DNA of 64,000 nucleotides from a virus (Duplodnaviria > Caudoviricetes): IMG/VR virus record IMGVR_UViG_3300025362_000477, one strand, 5' to 3'. A model generated the notes under the pieces. It was not told the origin of the DNA and did no database searches. It saw only the letters and a list, made by a program, of their open reading frames with translations. Positions within the stretch are counted from its first letter, which is position 1. Every line of letters begins with the position of its first letter. The position numbers were made by a program, and so were the translations under genes. This document shows, in pieces, positions 8,766 through 18,532 of this stretch.

Positions 8766-10712
8766 TTATACATAATAAAAAAATTGAACCATTTCTCCAA
8801 TAATTGGTTTTATTTTTAATGTTATTGTATTAGCATCTATATCTATTTCATAATCATCACCATAATTCAATTTTCCACCATATGAAACAACAATAATATT
8901 TTCATGTCTATCTATTGGTTCAGCTATATCAATTACTATATTATCTTCTATACGATCAATATCACCTTGAGTAAACTCATACATTGCAACTAATTTAGAT
9001 TCTTTAATAACTAATAACTCTCCGCCGATATAAATTGAAGATCCTCTAGCTGGAGCTGAAATAAAATTCAATTGATTATTATTAATGACACTATAATCAA
9101 TATCCTGTATTTGTAAAACATCATTTACATAGATCAATAACCCTTCAGTATTTTTATCATCCAATATATATCCCATAGGAAATTGAGTTTTAAGACCATC
9201 AGTATAATCACACACAAGTCTCTTAGACATATGATTAACATGTTCAGTTGCCTTTTGCATAGGTAAATCATATGGAAATAAACCATCTTTAGCAACTACC
9301 ATAGCTTCCTTATATGCATCCGGATCAACCTCTTTAATATCAAGTAAAGCATCAAAATTAGAAGCAGCATCATTTGAATTAACTTCTATTACTGTTAATT
9401 CTCCATCATATATTTTACGGCGACGAGTATCCAATGTAACACATTCATCAACCTTTGATAATACTAATGATTTCTCTTCATTTGTTAAATTACATATACA
9501 TGGTTTCTTCATAATTTCACATTTAGAATAAAATTCATCTGATCCAGTATCATTAATACTGATAGCAGCACATGCTTTTCTAAGATATGGTAAATAATCT
9601 TTTTTATAAGAATCTATCACAATGATATTATCTCTTTTCACTTTATTTTTTGGATCAGAAATAAACTCATCATTTATATATAAAAGAACACCACTACTAA
9701 TATGAGACCATACTTGTAATTTAATTGGATACACTAAAGAATTTTCAGAAAAATCAATCAATAAATTATCTCGTTCCTCGATATCATTTTCTATCCGATA
9801 AAAATTAAATCCATTTTCAAAAAATTTATCATAAACTTTAGTATCTTTTAATGCAGATATAATTTTATAAGGAGATATCATTGGATATTTAGTATGAGTA
9901 GAACCCATAGATAAATTCAATGTTAAAGTTGGATCAATATGTTCTGATAATACAATATATGTTGGGAGATTAACTTCATACCCAAATGATGCCGTTAATT
10001 TATGTTCAGATACATTATCCCCACCATGTTTAGTAGAATTATCAGAAAATGATTCAAGTCTCCACATTGGATGGAGGTTTAATGGAATAACTCTCTTATG
10101 TTTATTAATAGTCTGAATATGCATTACTTCTGATAATGTATTTCCCCAATCAATCTGTTCACCATCTTCTTTTTCATATTCTGCTATTGATTCTGGTAGC
10201 ATTAAATAAGTCCAAAAAATATCTGGACGACACCATCTATTAAAACCACCACAAAATTGAAGTAAAGCAACTCTAAAATCCATGATTTCATAAATAGATG
10301 ATAACCAAAAAGTAACTTCAAAAGTCCCCTGGTATCTAGAATGAACAGGAGTTACTATTATATCCTGTTCCTTTAAATCAATACTAGGCCACAATCTAAG
10401 ACCCATAGCTGGAGCATACCTAGAATGTTGCCATAAAAACTTTCCGGCATGTTCAGCATTAGAAAAATCAATCATCGGATCTAAAGTTATACTTGGTAAT
10501 ATATTAGAAGTGATCTCAGTACCATGAATCTTTTTCTTTTTGAAGAATTCAATTGCCTTATCAAATGAGCCAATAACTTTATAATTAAATCGGGGATAGA
10601 ATTCTTCATCAAACCAATTAAGAATCCCATTGAAAAAAGAACCAAAAACATTATGGATAAAAAATGTATTAGTTACTTGATGCTCTCTGCTTCTTTTATC
10701 ATACCCAGGCAT
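8766..10712 (-). CDS. Putative structural protein (possible tail-terminator-like N-terminus; C-terminal small beta-sandwich repeats)
   Basis: LPSITL...FEVTFWL; IYVNDVLQ...DY....L.F..AP and L.YG.DY...I.L repeats typical of virion proteins. Confidence 0.45.
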   Translation of the reverse strand: MPGYDKRSREHQVTNTFFIHNVFGSFFNGILNWFDEEFYPRFNYKVIGSFDKAIEFFKKKKIHGTEITSNILPSITLDPMIDFSNAEHAGKFLWQHSRYAPAMGLRLWPSIDLKEQDIIVTPVHSRYQGTFEVTFWLSSIYEIMDFRVALLQFCGGFNRWCRPDIFWTYLMLPESIAEYEKEDGEQIDWGNTLSEVMHIQTINKHKRVIPLNLHPMWRLESFSDNSTKHGGDNVSEHKLTASFGYEVNLPTYIVLSEHIDPTLTLNLSMGSTHTKYPMISPYKIISALKDTKVYDKFFENGFNFYRIENDIEERDNLLIDFSENSLVYPIKLQVWSHISSGVLLYINDEFISDPKNKVKRDNIIVIDSYKKDYLPYLRKACAAISINDTGSDEFYSKCEIMKKPCICNLTNEEKSLVLSKVDECVTLDTRRRKIYDGELTVIEVNSNDAASNFDALLDIKEVDPDAYKEAMVVAKDGLFPYDLPMQKATEHVNHMSKRLVCDYTDGLKTQFPMGYILDDKNTEGLLIYVNDVLQIQDIDYSVINNNQLNFISAPARGSSIYIGGELLVIKESKLVAMYEFTQGDIDRIEDNIVIDIAEPIDRHENIIVVSYGGKLNYGDDYEIDIDANTITLKIKPIIGEMVQFFYYV

Positions 10713-10714
10713 AT

Positions 10715-11344
10715 TTATATCTCCAAATCTCTTTTTATATTTTTTCTAGATTTAAACACATTTGACATAACAGAATCAACATCAGAACTCTCAACAATAT
10801 ATTGTCTATTAGAAGATTCAATTATATCTGCCATATCTTCATATGTTTCATTAGAACATAACTGTATCGCAGATGTCCTAACAATTTTCTTCTCTAAAAC
10901 AACATCTATATGTTGCCGTTCAGCTAAACAATATATAAAATCATTCCCAAAATCAGTATATCGAAAACAATAAATAAATAAACAGCTTTCATAAATCCCT
11001 TTTCGAGTTTGTATTTTTGCAAGTTTCACTGTTTCATTTGTTTCATAATGAATATGAGAACGAAAGGCAGGGAGAATATTACAAAACTGCTGTTTAATAT
11101 CAAGATTTTTTGATCTAACATTTTTAATATCTAAAAAACTAGTAGCAAATCCAGATTTACTAAGATCTTGATATATAGTACTATGTAATTCATTATTGCG
11201 AGATTTAATATAATTAGTGTGATCCAAATTGAATCCAATGAATGAATTAAATTTATTAAAAACAATATCAATATCACAAGAAGAATCCATGAATGGGATA
11301 TGTATAGAATACAATCTGTTAATTTTATTACCTAGTGAAAACAT
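10715..11344 (-). CDS. Hypothetical protein
   Basis: ORF track, in operon. Confidence 0.6.
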   Translation of the reverse strand: MFSLGNKINRLYSIHIPFMDSSCDIDIVFNKFNSFIGFNLDHTNYIKSRNNELHSTIYQDLSKSGFATSFLDIKNVRSKNLDIKQQFCNILPAFRSHIHYETNETVKLAKIQTRKGIYESCLFIYCFRYTDFGNDFIYCLAERQHIDVVLEKKIVRTSAIQLCSNETYEDMADIIESSNRQYIVESSDVDSVMSNVFKSRKNIKRDLEI

Positions 11345-11358
11345 ATATAATCCCCTTA

Positions 11359-13665
11359 TTAATTCCTAACTGCTATAAAACTATTTACAAAATCAACATC
11401 AACGACATCTTGAATATTAGTCAAAAGTGAAATGATCATATCTTTAGTCAATGATGAATTATTAACTAATTCTCTATAATGTAAATAATTAATTGTAATT
11501 TTATTATCCATTCCAATATCCCATAAGAATATAGATCTCAAAACCTCAACTGATAATGGTGTTAAATCAATCTTAATATTTTTTAAATCTCTATAGCTAT
11601 AATTGATATGTTCAGCTATAGCAAGTGATTGATTCTGATGTGTTTCATTATCCTTTGTAAATTCTTTAATTAATCTTTTAAGATTGGTACTGTCATATTT
11701 AGTTTCTTTTATATCATATTTACTTAATATACCTGATGGTATATCATCGAAGTTGTTATATGTGATTTCATCATATATAATCTTCCCATTTTTTCTAATA
11801 TTAAATTCTAACGCTATAATCTTTTTAATTTGTTCACACCCAAGAAGATTATTTTTAAAGCTATCATAATTCAATTTAAGATTTAAAAAATTAAACTTCT
11901 TAAATGTATAATCAACGGTCAATTTATCAAAAGAAGCTGTAATTGCTTTATATATTCTTGATACTTCAACCTTTAATGATTCTTCTGATAGATCAAATTC
12001 TATAGAATGTTTCATTTTAATATCTGTATTGATATTATTGAATGTTCCATTCTCTTTATACCTTCTCAGTCTATTAGTTATCTCTGATATGATAGTTGCT
12101 TCGTCTACATCTTTAAATAATGATATAGCTAATGGAGACGCAATATTTTTAAAACAGAAACACATAAAATCACGATTATTCATTGGATTATAATCTTTAT
12201 CCTTTAACATATTACGTAACTGAGTATAATATACAAAATAGATAATCAAATCATACATTAGAGATTTCATCTCGGGTGTTGATTTAATAGATTCAAATAC
12301 AATAGGAGATACATTGGCTGGAAAATCTATAGATGATTGCAAATTCTGCTGTAACGTATATTTTACATAATTTGCAATTAAATAATTTGCACCATTCAAT
12401 TCTTCTGGTGATACTCCATCTAACGGATCAAATCCAAGTTTAGTTTGGATTAATTCACAAAATTTTGTAAATGGAAGTTCATCATTTATTATATTAATAG
12501 TATGCATCTCTAAATTCAATACATCATTCTTCAAAATCTTTTCAGTAAATGACCCAGACGAAATAATATTCACATCTATCGTTGGCTTAATAATAGGTTT
12601 AGATTCAATTGTATCATCCCCTAATTGCAAGTCAACCTTTGGTGCTTCCGTTATTATAAATGAATCCAACGCAGATTGCAAACTCTCTGACATTGGTTCT
12701 TTTTTTATCTCCTCAGTCATATTTTGCCATAGAACTTCCTTCAGATCAATCTTAGAATCTATTTTTACATCGAGATCTTTAATGACATTATCGGCAACAA
12801 CTTCTTTTTTATCCTCCATCTCTTTTCCAATGTCATCTAATCCAAATATATCCTGATACTCTTCTGGAATTATATTTGCATCCAATGATTGTTCTGAAAT
12901 GGGTTTACTTAATTGTTTTGATATATCAGATAATCCAAAATCATCTTCATCTTTAACAGATTCAATTGGTTGTTTAGGTAATTCTTTAATAGGTAATTCT
13001 TCTGGTGATATAGGTTCAGAACTAGCAGTCCATGTATTATTCATCTTGGCTTGTTGTGTCAAAAGCTTAGTTCTATCTTTAAACATATTCATCAATTCAC
13101 CATAATAACTTGATGCCTTTTCATTTAGATCATGAACTTCCTCACACATCTTACCTAATAGAATTGAATGACTAGCATCTGATGAAATTTTGATGAAACT
13201 ATCTCTATATTCTACAAGGACTTTAATCATACTCAAAAAATCAAATAGAGGTAAATAAATCTTTTCAGAATCTAAATAATCATCATTTTTATCGCTCAAA
13301 ATTAATCTGATACATGATCCACCATATTCAGTTCTATGCAAAACAGATACAACAATAGTTTTCTTTAGCTTTATTGTATAATTTACAACTTTATTATTAT
13401 CTAAATTAATTTGATTGATATTAGAAACAAGATTTGTTTCAAATTTTTTCAATTTATGTATTATCTGAAAAACATCAGCATGAGCTAAATACAAATGATT
13501 ATTACTCTTTGATTTAAATTGACTGATCGCTATTTTTAATTTTAGCGGGGATCCACCCCACTTATCAATCACTTTAAATTTATCTAGAGATAAATAAGAT
13601 TTTGATACTTGTCCATCATTATATTGCCATAAACTTTCATTGAAAAATTCAACATCTTCGTTCAT
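11359..13665 (-). CDS. Large hypothetical protein (768 aa) with a low-complexity acidic/Pro linker
   Basis: ORF track. Confidence 0.65.
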   Translation of the reverse strand: MNEDVEFFNESLWQYNDGQVSKSYLSLDKFKVIDKWGGSPLKLKIAISQFKSKSNNHLYLAHADVFQIIHKLKKFETNLVSNINQINLDNNKVVNYTIKLKKTIVVSVLHRTEYGGSCIRLILSDKNDDYLDSEKIYLPLFDFLSMIKVLVEYRDSFIKISSDASHSILLGKMCEEVHDLNEKASSYYGELMNMFKDRTKLLTQQAKMNNTWTASSEPISPEELPIKELPKQPIESVKDEDDFGLSDISKQLSKPISEQSLDANIIPEEYQDIFGLDDIGKEMEDKKEVVADNVIKDLDVKIDSKIDLKEVLWQNMTEEIKKEPMSESLQSALDSFIITEAPKVDLQLGDDTIESKPIIKPTIDVNIISSGSFTEKILKNDVLNLEMHTINIINDELPFTKFCELIQTKLGFDPLDGVSPEELNGANYLIANYVKYTLQQNLQSSIDFPANVSPIVFESIKSTPEMKSLMYDLIIYFVYYTQLRNMLKDKDYNPMNNRDFMCFCFKNIASPLAISLFKDVDEATIISEITNRLRRYKENGTFNNINTDIKMKHSIEFDLSEESLKVEVSRIYKAITASFDKLTVDYTFKKFNFLNLKLNYDSFKNNLLGCEQIKKIIALEFNIRKNGKIIYDEITYNNFDDIPSGILSKYDIKETKYDSTNLKRLIKEFTKDNETHQNQSLAIAEHINYSYRDLKNIKIDLTPLSVEVLRSIFLWDIGMDNKITINYLHYRELVNNSSLTKDMIISLLTNIQDVVDVDFVNSFIAVRN

Positions 13666-13669
13666 AATG

Positions 13670-13912
13670 TTATACTCCTTTAAAAAAATTCCTTTTAGCC
13701 CATAAAAGATAACAGCAGTTCATAATATCGATCAAATTATGATCCATATCACCATCTACCTGAAATTCATGGAACTGTTGCATAAGATCATCGATTAGCT
13801 CATGTTCACTTTTAAATCTCCAGCTATTACCCTTAGAAATATTATGACCTTTTAATACTTTACGCATCTCACTGATCACTGCTTCAAAATATTCTTGGTT
13901 ACTACTTGTCAT
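13670..13912 (-). CDS. Small all-alpha protein, possibly NTP-pyrophosphohydrolase-like
   Basis: KGNSW...LIDIMNCCYLLW pattern, similar to 16707..17009. Confidence 0.35.
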   Translation of the reverse strand: MTSSNQEYFEAVISEMRKVLKGHNISKGNSWRFKSEHELIDDLMQQFHEFQVDGDMDHNLIDIMNCCYLLWAKRNFFKGV

Positions 13913-14448
13913 CCAGAAAAATTCTCCATTAAATCACCCAAACTAACTTCCTTTACTAATTTTTGTTCGGGTTTTTGTTTTTCCATTCTTTTCCGTTCTG
14001 CCTTAGTAGTTTTCTTTTTCTTCGGCTTATAAAATCCAAACATCTCATATATTGAATCTTTTTCATCGCTAACATCAATAAAATCAACTAACATGAACAA
14101 CTCTTCTTTTTTTAAGAAAGTATATTTCACTTTAATAGCATCAACCATTTTACTTTTTAATTTAGATCCTCTCTGAACGAATGGTGGTTTATATCCAGTT
14201 AGCTGTATACACTGTTTCATAAATTTGAATATCTCACATCTATCCATTGAGAATAATCCATAATTATTAAACGTTTCATTAATATAAAGATTAAAATGAC
14301 TCTGCTGAAAGTAATAAAGAATATACAATTGAGAAATAGATTTATCATTTACTACATCTTCAGGTATAAGGGTATCTTTACTCCCATCATTCAACCATCT
14401 AGATAGTAATGTATAATTTGATATTGGTTTTTTAGCTTTCGCCATCAC
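13909..14448 (-). CDS. Hypothetical protein, possibly second clamp-loader subunit (gp62-like)
   Basis: Size and helical pattern only. Confidence 0.3.
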   Translation of the reverse strand: MMAKAKKPISNYTLLSRWLNDGSKDTLIPEDVVNDKSISQLYILYYFQQSHFNLYINETFNNYGLFSMDRCEIFKFMKQCIQLTGYKPPFVQRGSKLKSKMVDAIKVKYTFLKKEELFMLVDFIDVSDEKDSIYEMFGFYKPKKKKTTKAERKRMEKQKPEQKLVKEVSLGDLMENFSG

Positions 14449-15190
14449 ACATCTCCCACCATTTTTTAATGTAAGCTATAGTATTACATGATCTAATTGT
14501 TGGATTAATTGGATTCCTAAATTCACGTTCATATTTATTTATAATTGAATGATTTGCATCTGATATAAATGGGACAAATATACCAATACTAAACAATACT
14601 GCACATTTTCTAAAGCATGCAGAACATTTCATACATTCATCAGTAATATATGAATATCTATCACCATCCATAAAATAATGATATGATTGTTTAGGTGTGG
14701 GATTAAAACAAGAAAAGGTATCTTTTAACAAATTCATCTTAAGTGCCGGATGATTACATGAATACCAACTGATCATATCAGATTTATAACAATTATAAAA
14801 GGGAGAATCGATCTCACAATAACTCTTATTGACATTTGTTAATAGACGTGATACATCTCTACATACTTCAAATTTATTGTCACCAATCCTATCTGATAGT
14901 GACCCACCCAACCATACTTTATCATAACCCAATGAATTCGCATATATAGTCATTAAAAGATTTCTATTTGGAATATGAGCATCATCGCATTCAATAGTTT
15001 GAAAATTAAGATCTTCACAGAATCTCATATTACTTATATTTAAAGATTTAATCTTTTCAATCTCATTCTTACAATATCGACCCTTATGATTGAAATATAA
15101 ACAATCAAATTGATGTCCATTATCTAAAAGATACTGTCTAGCGATAAAACTATCCAATCCACTGCTATAAAGTAAACATTCTTTTCTCAT
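14432..15190 (-). CDS. queC: QueC-like PP-loop ATPase (7-cyano-7-deazaguanine synthase family)
   Basis: LYSSGLDS PP-loop, HIPNRNLL, TFSC...CMKCSACFRK Zn motif. Confidence 0.8.
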   Translation of the reverse strand: MRKECLLYSSGLDSFIARQYLLDNGHQFDCLYFNHKGRYCKNEIEKIKSLNISNMRFCEDLNFQTIECDDAHIPNRNLLMTIYANSLGYDKVWLGGSLSDRIGDNKFEVCRDVSRLLTNVNKSYCEIDSPFYNCYKSDMISWYSCNHPALKMNLLKDTFSCFNPTPKQSYHYFMDGDRYSYITDECMKCSACFRKCAVLFSIGIFVPFISDANHSIINKYEREFRNPINPTIRSCNTIAYIKKWWEMCDGES

Positions 15191-16235
15191 TTATAATCTC
15201 CTTAAAAATATCTATTATATTATTTCTATTTTGTTCCCAGTCTCGTTTTTTGATTCTAAAAATTTGCAAACCTTCACTTAGATAATCATGATCCTTTCGA
15301 ATATCTTTATCTATATAAATTTCCCAACCATCTAAAAAATGTTGACTCTCATCAAATTCAATAACTAATTTTAACTCTTCAATATATCCATCTGGAAAAT
15401 ATCCAATTATTTTATGATTTCTTTGAATTTTTAAATCAGTATATTTTTGTAATTCGTTTAAACATTGTCTTTCATCATGACCTATTCGTGGACATAATGG
15501 TTCACCATTAAGTTTTTGAGCCTCAATAAAAGAAATAGCAGAATTCCTACATAACATTCGACCTTCATCAGTCTTAGTCCAATGATCAACTCTATAACGT
15601 AATCTAGATGATTCTTTTTTCTTTTCTTTCACATAAGGTATTTGGGAAACATTATTCACACCATAAATTATATTACATGTATTTTTAGCTTTTAATCTAG
15701 ATTTAACATAATCTTTCCTTAATGAACTATCTCTTAATTTTTTCTTTACTATTGATGATTTTGAAACATTATCAACTCCATATTTTTGAATGACAGTTTT
15801 TTTTATTTTTAATTGAATTTCCGCATTTCCCAGTGCAGATTTACAACCAAATCTTTTAATACATGTAATATATCCATTTTGTTTAATTTGATCATTCTGG
15901 TATGGCCGATTAACTCCATATCTATCTTGAAAAGTTTTGATCTGTTTAGACATTATCTCTTTATTTTTCAAATGATGTGTTTCACCATATCTTTGAATGT
16001 TAGTAGCTATATGTTTGTCTTTTACATCTTGAGAATTAGCAGAACATTTACGACTACAATATTTTGAATATCCACCAAGTCCATTAAATGTAGTATCGTT
16101 CCCACATTGAATGCATTTTCCATCACCCGGTTTCAATAAATATTGATCATAATAATCTTTAAGATGAATTTTATGAGTTCTAATAAGATGAGTTCCTAGA
16201 GCCTTATATTCTTTACCACACAGTTCACATTTCAT
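15165..16235 (-). CDS. Zn-finger/KYG-repeat DUF559-like homing endonuclease
   Basis: Same architecture as 5221..6150; GYFPDGYIEELKLVIEFDE. Confidence 0.75.
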   Translation of the reverse strand: MKCELCGKEYKALGTHLIRTHKIHLKDYYDQYLLKPGDGKCIQCGNDTTFNGLGGYSKYCSRKCSANSQDVKDKHIATNIQRYGETHHLKNKEIMSKQIKTFQDRYGVNRPYQNDQIKQNGYITCIKRFGCKSALGNAEIQLKIKKTVIQKYGVDNVSKSSIVKKKLRDSSLRKDYVKSRLKAKNTCNIIYGVNNVSQIPYVKEKKKESSRLRYRVDHWTKTDEGRMLCRNSAISFIEAQKLNGEPLCPRIGHDERQCLNELQKYTDLKIQRNHKIIGYFPDGYIEELKLVIEFDESQHFLDGWEIYIDKDIRKDHDYLSEGLQIFRIKKRDWEQNRNNIIDIFKEIINEKRMFTL

Positions 16236-16311
16236 AGTATATCCTACATTTTAATTTATTCATAAAATGTTTCAACCAGATGTAAATAGTATTAACTCCT
16301 TTTTATTTTAT

Positions 16312-16710
16312 TCACAACTGTAGAGATTTGATATATTTTACAGCATCATCTACATCAGAAACAATCATATGTACATGAGCTTCAATCCATAAATCTCCTT
16401 GACATATTTCATTAGGGTTTATAACAATAACAGGAATAGTATTTTGTAAGAATGCATGATATATTTCCATAGCTGTTCCAAAACTAGGTCTTTCAATATA
16501 AGCAATTACTACATCACTTGAATTGATTAATGCTTTATCTCTAGGAACCATAGTTAAATCACATTCATTTGAAGGATCGGGATCTATAAACTCATAACGA
16601 CCATCTAAATCATCTACAAAATTATCACACAATCTAGCTTTCCATGTATTAGCAGGTTCTTCTTCATATATAGTACCTGCTAAATAAACTCTTATCTTTT
16701 TATCATTCAT
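16312..16710 (-). CDS. Nucleoside 2-deoxyribosyltransferase-like protein
   Basis: VYLAG, D...I..SDVVIA, SFGTAMEI. Confidence 0.75.
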   Translation of the reverse strand: MNDKKIRVYLAGTIYEEEPANTWKARLCDNFVDDLDGRYEFIDPDPSNECDLTMVPRDKALINSSDVVIAYIERPSFGTAMEIYHAFLQNTIPVIVINPNEICQGDLWIEAHVHMIVSDVDDAVKYIKSLQL

Positions 16711-17009
16711 AATTCAATCCTTTGATTCAGCTCATTCAATGATGAGTTTGCATTATGATATCTCTGCCACCATAACATCATCGCTCTATTCGCAATGTCA
16801 TGGAGGTGCAAGCAATCTTGATCAAGGTGCTGTATAAAGGCATCAGCCTTTAAATCTTTAGCGATATGATCGGCATAAAAAGGGTCATCCCACCCTCGAT
16901 ATCCCTGCGCGGCCTTTTCGTATAACCTAAATCGCATATCTTCTGTGAAAAGCGATAATGCTTTGTCAATCTCTCGACACTCTTTTGTATATGTTTTTTG
17001 TCTTGGCAT
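16707..17009 (-). CDS. Small phage hypothetical protein (last gene of the array)
   Basis: ORF track; AGGAG SD directly after the attC-like site. Confidence 0.6.
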   Translation of the reverse strand: MPRQKTYTKECREIDKALSLFTEDMRFRLYEKAAQGYRGWDDPFYADHIAKDLKADAFIQHLDQDCLHLHDIANRAMMLWWQRYHNANSSLNELNQRIEL

Positions 17010-17031
17010 CTCTTTATTCTCCTGAACTTAA

Positions 17032-17110
17032 TCATAACAATTGAATGGAGAACTACCTCCAATCCGCTCGTTCCTCGCTCCTTTACGGAGTCTCATTCAT
17101 GGCGTTCAGT
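17032..17110 (-). repeat. Complete attC-like site E7
   Basis: ACTGAAC GCCATGAAT GAGA ... GAGCGAGGAACGAGCG ... TCTC CATTCAATT GTTATGA. Confidence 0.7.
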
Positions 17111-17364
17111 GTACTGAATGCAATCTGCACGAGCGATGGGTCCGCATCGCGGAACCGTGACGCCATCGTACCTTTCAGCCTTATTGTGACAACAAGCCTG
17201 CCGTGGTCTTCGTCCTCGAATTGAACCACATCACCAATGACGGGACGCACCGAACAAGATGCTGGACAAGTACCCAAAGGGGCCCTGTTGATCTCATTCA
17301 TAGCCTCTCCGCTTGTACACTCATTATACTTTTTCATAAATTCCCCCTTTGGGACTGTCAGCAT
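17083..17364 (-). CDS. Small cassette-like gene whose N- and C-termini are encoded by attC-like arms
   Basis: ORF track; likely start lies inside the E6 loop. Confidence 0.5.
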   Translation of the reverse strand: MLTVPKGEFMKKYNECTSGEAMNEINRAPLGTCPASCSVRPVIGDVVQFEDEDHGRLVVTIRLKGTMASRFRDADPSLVQIAFSTLNAMNETP

Positions 17365-17375
17365 TAGCGTTATAT
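17249..17375 (-). repeat. Complete attC-like site E6 (long loop containing an RBS and ATG)
   Basis: ATATAAC GCTAATGCT GACAGTCCCAAAGGG ... CCCTTTGGG[T]AC[T]TGTC[C]AGCATCTT GTTCGGT. Confidence 0.75.
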
Positions 17376-17571
17376 GATTATAAAATCCTTGAACTCATTG
17401 ATTATATAATCAGTTTGGCTCGTTCCTTTAATATCTTGCAAATCATCAATCACAAAACTGATTGTTTTTGTGCACCTTTGCAACATGTATTTCAATCGTA
17501 TTGCGGACTAACGCGATATGAATCGAGTCAGCGGTTAATGATTCTTTTAATTTCAAAATTTCTGTTAACAT
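17370..17571 (-). pseudogene. Frameshifted small cassette gene
   Basis: AGGA SD, then MLTEILKLKE...; stops after 41 codons, but deleting one A from the A5 run near 17465 extends it to the TAA within the E6 R'' box. Confidence 0.5.
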
Positions 17572-17589
17572 TCCTGCTCCCTCATTTTA

Positions 17590-17647
17590 AGATAACAAAA
17601 ACATGCACCGTACGGCGTACTGCCGGCATGCGATGTTGGTGTTATGT
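17590..17647 (-). repeat. Complete attC-like site E5
   Basis: ACATAAC ACCAACAT CGCATG...GTACGCCGTAC GGTG CATGTTTTT GTTATCT; shares its core with E2. Confidence 0.7.
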
Positions 17648-17874
17648 TATTTAATCTCAATTCGTTTGCCACAAAACGGGCAGAATTTCCAATCCTGTTC
17701 TTTTGGCCCGAAATCCTCAAACCAATAATTAGCACCATAGCTTGTTTGCCAGTCGTTGGATTCTGGTTGATTTTCCCAGACCCAACAATCTACTGAGCAA
17801 GTACCCGAATGGGCTGTCAGAGGGCAATCGTCACGTCTTATCATATCACCTTTATCATTGTATGTTATTCGCAT
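17647..17874 (-). CDS. Small Zn-ribbon protein (CPFCG)
   Basis: WKFCPFCGKRI C-terminus. Confidence 0.6.
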   Translation of the reverse strand: MRITYNDKGDMIRRDDCPLTAHSGTCSVDCWVWENQPESNDWQTSYGANYWFEDFGPKEQDWKFCPFCGKRIEIK

Positions 17875-18140
17875 TTCAACTCCTTGTCCCCTTTGGGACT
17901 GTCAGCATTAGTGTTGGGGAGAATTGGTGTCCGCCCGCACGCTCTCCAAAATGCATCCAGTTGTTCCAGCGTTCGGAACTTCATTTCTCCGTAGGTGTTA
18001 TCTGTTTCTTCGACGCACTCGATTACTGCATTAAGTGTGCCCCATAAACGGCAAGCTATTGTGCCTGATCCGCAAACGCCTCTAGTTGATTTTAAATCTT
18101 CCTTGGCATTTAATATTCGCAACTTTAATCTATCTTTCAT
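17865..18140 (-). CDS. Small cassette-like hypothetical protein
   Basis: GGAG SD; the C-terminus PNTNADSPKGD reads through the E4 left arm. Confidence 0.55.
   Translation of the reverse strand: MKDRLKLRILNAKEDLKSTRGVCGSGTIACRLWGTLNAVIECVEETDNTYGEMKFRTLEQLDAFWRACGRTPILPNTNADSPKGDKELKCE
17886..17919 (-). repeat. attC-like left arm only (E4), nearly identical to the left arm of E6
   Basis: CCCCAAC ACTAATGCT GACAGTCCCAAAGGGGAC. Confidence 0.6.
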
Positions 18141-18210
18141 AATATTCTCCTTTTGGGGCTGTTTTTGGTTGTTTGTTTTCGTTGCTCATAATTCATTCTC
18201 TCCGGTTGTG

Positions 18211-18246
18211 CTGGCTCCCGTTGTCCGGTGAGCCAGAGCGTTATGA
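18211..18246 (-). repeat. attC-like left arm only (E3)
   Basis: TCATAAC GCTCTGGCT CACCGG; overlaps the stop codon of the upstream gene. Confidence 0.55.
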
Positions 18247-18447
18247 ATTTTTCAACCCTCTAATTTTACCAGCAATCTCTCGCAGTTCATCCGATTTAAC
18301 TAAAAAATCACCTTCAACGTAAGCCATACTCTCTTTAATGGCTTTACGTTGCTCGTTTTCGTATTTCATGCCTTGAATATCGCAACATACCGCTGTGCCC
18401 TCAATTGCGAGTGCTTCAAATTCTAAAGCTCTTTCTTCTCTACTCAT
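18241..18447 (-). CDS. Small hypothetical protein (start revised to MSREERALE)
   Basis: AAGGAG SD immediately after E2. Confidence 0.6.
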   Translation of the reverse strand: MSREERALEFEALAIEGTAVCCDIQGMKYENEQRKAIKESMAYVEGDFLVKSDELREIAGKIRGLKNS

Positions 18448-18467
18448 ATTGTTTCTCCTTAATTTTA

Positions 18468-18532
18468 AGATAACAAGCACATGCACATGCACCGTACGGC
18501 GTACCACAGACAGGTGATGCTAGGCGTTGGGT
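18468..18532 (-). repeat. Complete attC-like site E2
   Basis: ACCCAAC GCCTAGCAT CACC...GTACGCCGTAC GGTG CATG(TGCATG)TGCTT GTTATCT; 6-bp internal duplication. Confidence 0.7.

Noticed and set aside
16707-16760. Further attC left arm at the end of the last array gene (AAC...AATGAGC)
   Set aside because: Spacing is 12 nt rather than 8-9 and there is no partner arm.
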